Shown in pieces: positions 15,579 to 17,238 of a stretch of 17,238 nucleotides of DNA. The DNA comes from an uncultured bacterium. GTDB taxonomy: Bacteria > CSSED10-310 > CAZUFC01. A model generated the notes under the pieces. The model did not search any database. It was given only the letters and a program-made list of their open reading frames with translations, and was not told the origin of the DNA. The position numbers and the translations under genes were made by a program. How positions within the stretch are numbered: the first letter of the stretch is position 1; each line of letters opens with the position of its first letter. The stretch is from assembly GCA_964619725.1 (NCBI GenBank), contig CAZUFC010000158.1, forward strand, positions 1 to 17,238, given 5' to 3'.

Positions 15579-16040
15579 TCATATTATTTCAGAGGTTAGA
15601 GCGAATATCGTTTTAAGGTCAACAGCGGCGTTTTGAACGAAATTTTTCAGGTTTGAGGAATTACCGAGAAGAAAGAGATGAGAGGGACATCGGCAATCTG
15701 AGGAGCCTATGCCTTCAATGGCTTGAAGTGAGTTATTTTTCGTCCAGGCAGCCCAGTCGCATTCTTTTTTAGTTTTACCTTTTTGGGTAAGCGTGCCGAA
15801 AATGACGGCATGAGGGAGGATGTAATCTATATGCCAGTGTTTTCGTTTCCGGGGATTGATGTGTCTTTTCAGGCGGGCCGTCAGTCCTCCGTGGCCGAGT
15901 GCGCTGCCGACGTAGGCGTAGAATCCGGGTTTAAATTCAAGTTTTCGTCGTCGGCCGACAGCAATGTCGATCCGCTCCGGCAATTTAAAAAGGAGAATGT
16001 AGGTTCCGGGGAGATTATCGACTGCGGGTTCGGAATCCAT
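15579..16040 (-). CDS. DUF123 / GIY-YIG (Uri superfamily) nuclease-like protein, 153 aa
   Basis: GTYILL...GFYAYVGSALG..GL.ARLKRH...KHWHIDY...EC...GIGSSDCRCPSHLF. Confidence 0.87.
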   Translation of the reverse strand: MDSEPAVDNLPGTYILLFKLPERIDIAVGRRRKLEFKPGFYAYVGSALGHGGLTARLKRHINPRKRKHWHIDYILPHAVIFGTLTQKGKTKKECDWAAWTKNNSLQAIEGIGSSDCRCPSHLFLLGNSSNLKNFVQNAAVDLKTIFALTSEII

Positions 16041-16073
16041 GAATACGTACCTTAAATCAGTAGGTGAATACCG

Positions 16074-16892
16074 TCATCCGGGAATTCTGCCGCAGAACAG
16101 AGAGCAGGTGAAGAATGCATAGTAGTCGGGAAGTTTTAAAATAAAATCGGGAGACGAGGGAAGGCAGAGCCGCGTATAATCGGCGTATTCTTCAGATGTG
16201 AGTTCCGGTTGGACGTTGGACCAGCGCATGTCCAGGAGGTCTGTCAGAGCATCATAAAGTTCTTTTGTCAGGGGCGCCTGGACATCCCGCACAAAAGTTT
16301 TTACCGATGTATGTTTCAGTCCGGCTTTTTTCAGGTTGCCCGGGAGGCGCGAATAATGGCTGTGGGGTCCCTGTTCTTCGGACCAGGGCGCCAGTCCTGA
16401 CGAAGTTGCATCGAGACGGGCTTCCAGCAGCGGATAACCGGGAAGAAGTTTCTGGGAAGACCAGACCAGGAGCGCTATTAATCCTCCGGGGATGATTTTT
16501 CGCACCATTTCTTTCAAAACCGGGACCGGTTCGAGGAAAGGGGCATATCCGGCGCAATTGGAGCTCCATATCCAGTGGAACGAGCGATCCTTGAAGGGGA
16601 TATTTCTGACATCGCCCCTGCAGAAGGATACCCGGGATTCCAGAGCATTGTTATTTAAGCTTTTTTGAGCATAGCACAGAAATTCGGATGTGAAATCAAG
16701 TCCAATGACATGGCCTTTTTTGCCTATGGCTTCAGCCAGCGCAAATGCCTGCATTCCTATGCCGCATCCGGCATCCATTCCCCGGCTGCCTTCAGGAAGT
16801 CCAAGCGCCCGTATCGCGTCGGCAATGACCGGATTCATCAAAGGATGGTGTAATATTAATCGTTTTATGTGTCGGTCAACATTGCCCATCAT
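16074..16892 (-). CDS. Class I SAM-dependent methyltransferase (UbiE/Methyltransf_11-like), about 272 aa
   Basis: Motif I MDAGCGIG, HVIGLD, GDVRNIPFKDRSFHWIW, LKEMVRKIIPGG. The start is either of two adjacent Met codons. Substrate unknown. Confidence 0.9.
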   Translation of the reverse strand: MMGNVDRHIKRLILHHPLMNPVIADAIRALGLPEGSRGMDAGCGIGMQAFALAEAIGKKGHVIGLDFTSEFLCYAQKSLNNNALESRVSFCRGDVRNIPFKDRSFHWIWSSNCAGYAPFLEPVPVLKEMVRKIIPGGLIALLVWSSQKLLPGYPLLEARLDATSSGLAPWSEEQGPHSHYSRLPGNLKKAGLKHTSVKTFVRDVQAPLTKELYDALTDLLDMRWSNVQPELTSEEYADYTRLCLPSSPDFILKLPDYYAFFTCSLFCGRIPG

Positions 16893-17084
16893 GTAAAATT
16901 GAAATTATTCATACTGTTTGGTGAAAAATATTCAAAAATTATGAGAGTCAGATTTTTCAAATATCTAAAGTATTTTTGTTTTTCCAATGCATTTCAATTT
17001 GAGCAACGCCGTTTTTGACCATTTCAACAACATTTATTGGCATTGTCGATAATTTTCATGGGTTCCTCCGCCTGATTAAGAGAA

Positions 17085-17149
17085 TTGGATTGTCATCCGA
17101 CCTGATATGGGTATTAAATTAACCGCATCAGTCGATAATGACAACCCAA
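17085..17149. other. 65-nt imperfect inverted repeat (long hairpin) in the intergenic region
   Basis: ttggattgtcat pairs with atgacaacccaa (11/12). Inner cgacctgatatgggt pairs imperfectly with accgcatcagtcg. Confidence 0.6.
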
Positions 17150-17238
17150 AATTGAAAAAAGTCCATGCAAATTTTAATGATTATCGGGACAAGGGTCGCT
17201 ATCCTGTCAGTAGTCCCGCAGAAGCGAAAATGCCCTGA

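Noticed and set aside
15579-16892. Methyltransferase plus GIY-YIG nuclease as a restriction-modification pair
   Set aside because: The methyltransferase lacks DNA MTase catalytic motifs (DPPY/NPPY/PCQ) and looks like a small-molecule UbiE-type enzyme. DUF123 proteins are commonly stand-alone.
17030-17082. SAM-I riboswitch-like words on the minus strand (ctcttaatc, aggcggagg, cccatgaaa, tgccaat) upstream of a SAM methyltransferase
   Set aside because: The AAGAG and GACUGG segments, GCAAC, P3/P4 pairing and the 3' P1 strand (GAURAG) are absent, so the fold cannot be built. An Rfam scan would settle it.

Overview
Bacterial chromosomal window with no rRNA, tRNA or CRISPR array. Left part: tail of an upstream ORF ending in Asp-Pro repeats; a 185-bp CTAG-bounded palindromic MITE-like element; leuS on the minus strand, preceded by a Leu-rich leader peptide and terminator/antiterminator that look like a ribosome-dependent attenuator; a secreted FecR + DUF6600-like protein; a KP-43-type subtilase with a Thr/Pro linker and an unassigned C-terminal domain; two tandem Hsp20 genes whose promoters share an HspR/HAIR-like operator. 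Centre: a four-gene envelope operon (9876-14986) bounded by a promoter and a terminator. It encodes two NMT1/SsuA-like solute-binding proteins each fused to an OmpA-like C-terminal domain, a vWA lipoprotein, and a 2-TM long coiled-coil protein, with no permease or ATPase. This operon is the best candidate for an undescribed system. Right part: ycgN, a DUF123/GIY-YIG nuclease, and a class I SAM methyltransferase. All family assignments come from recognising motifs by eye, not from database searches.
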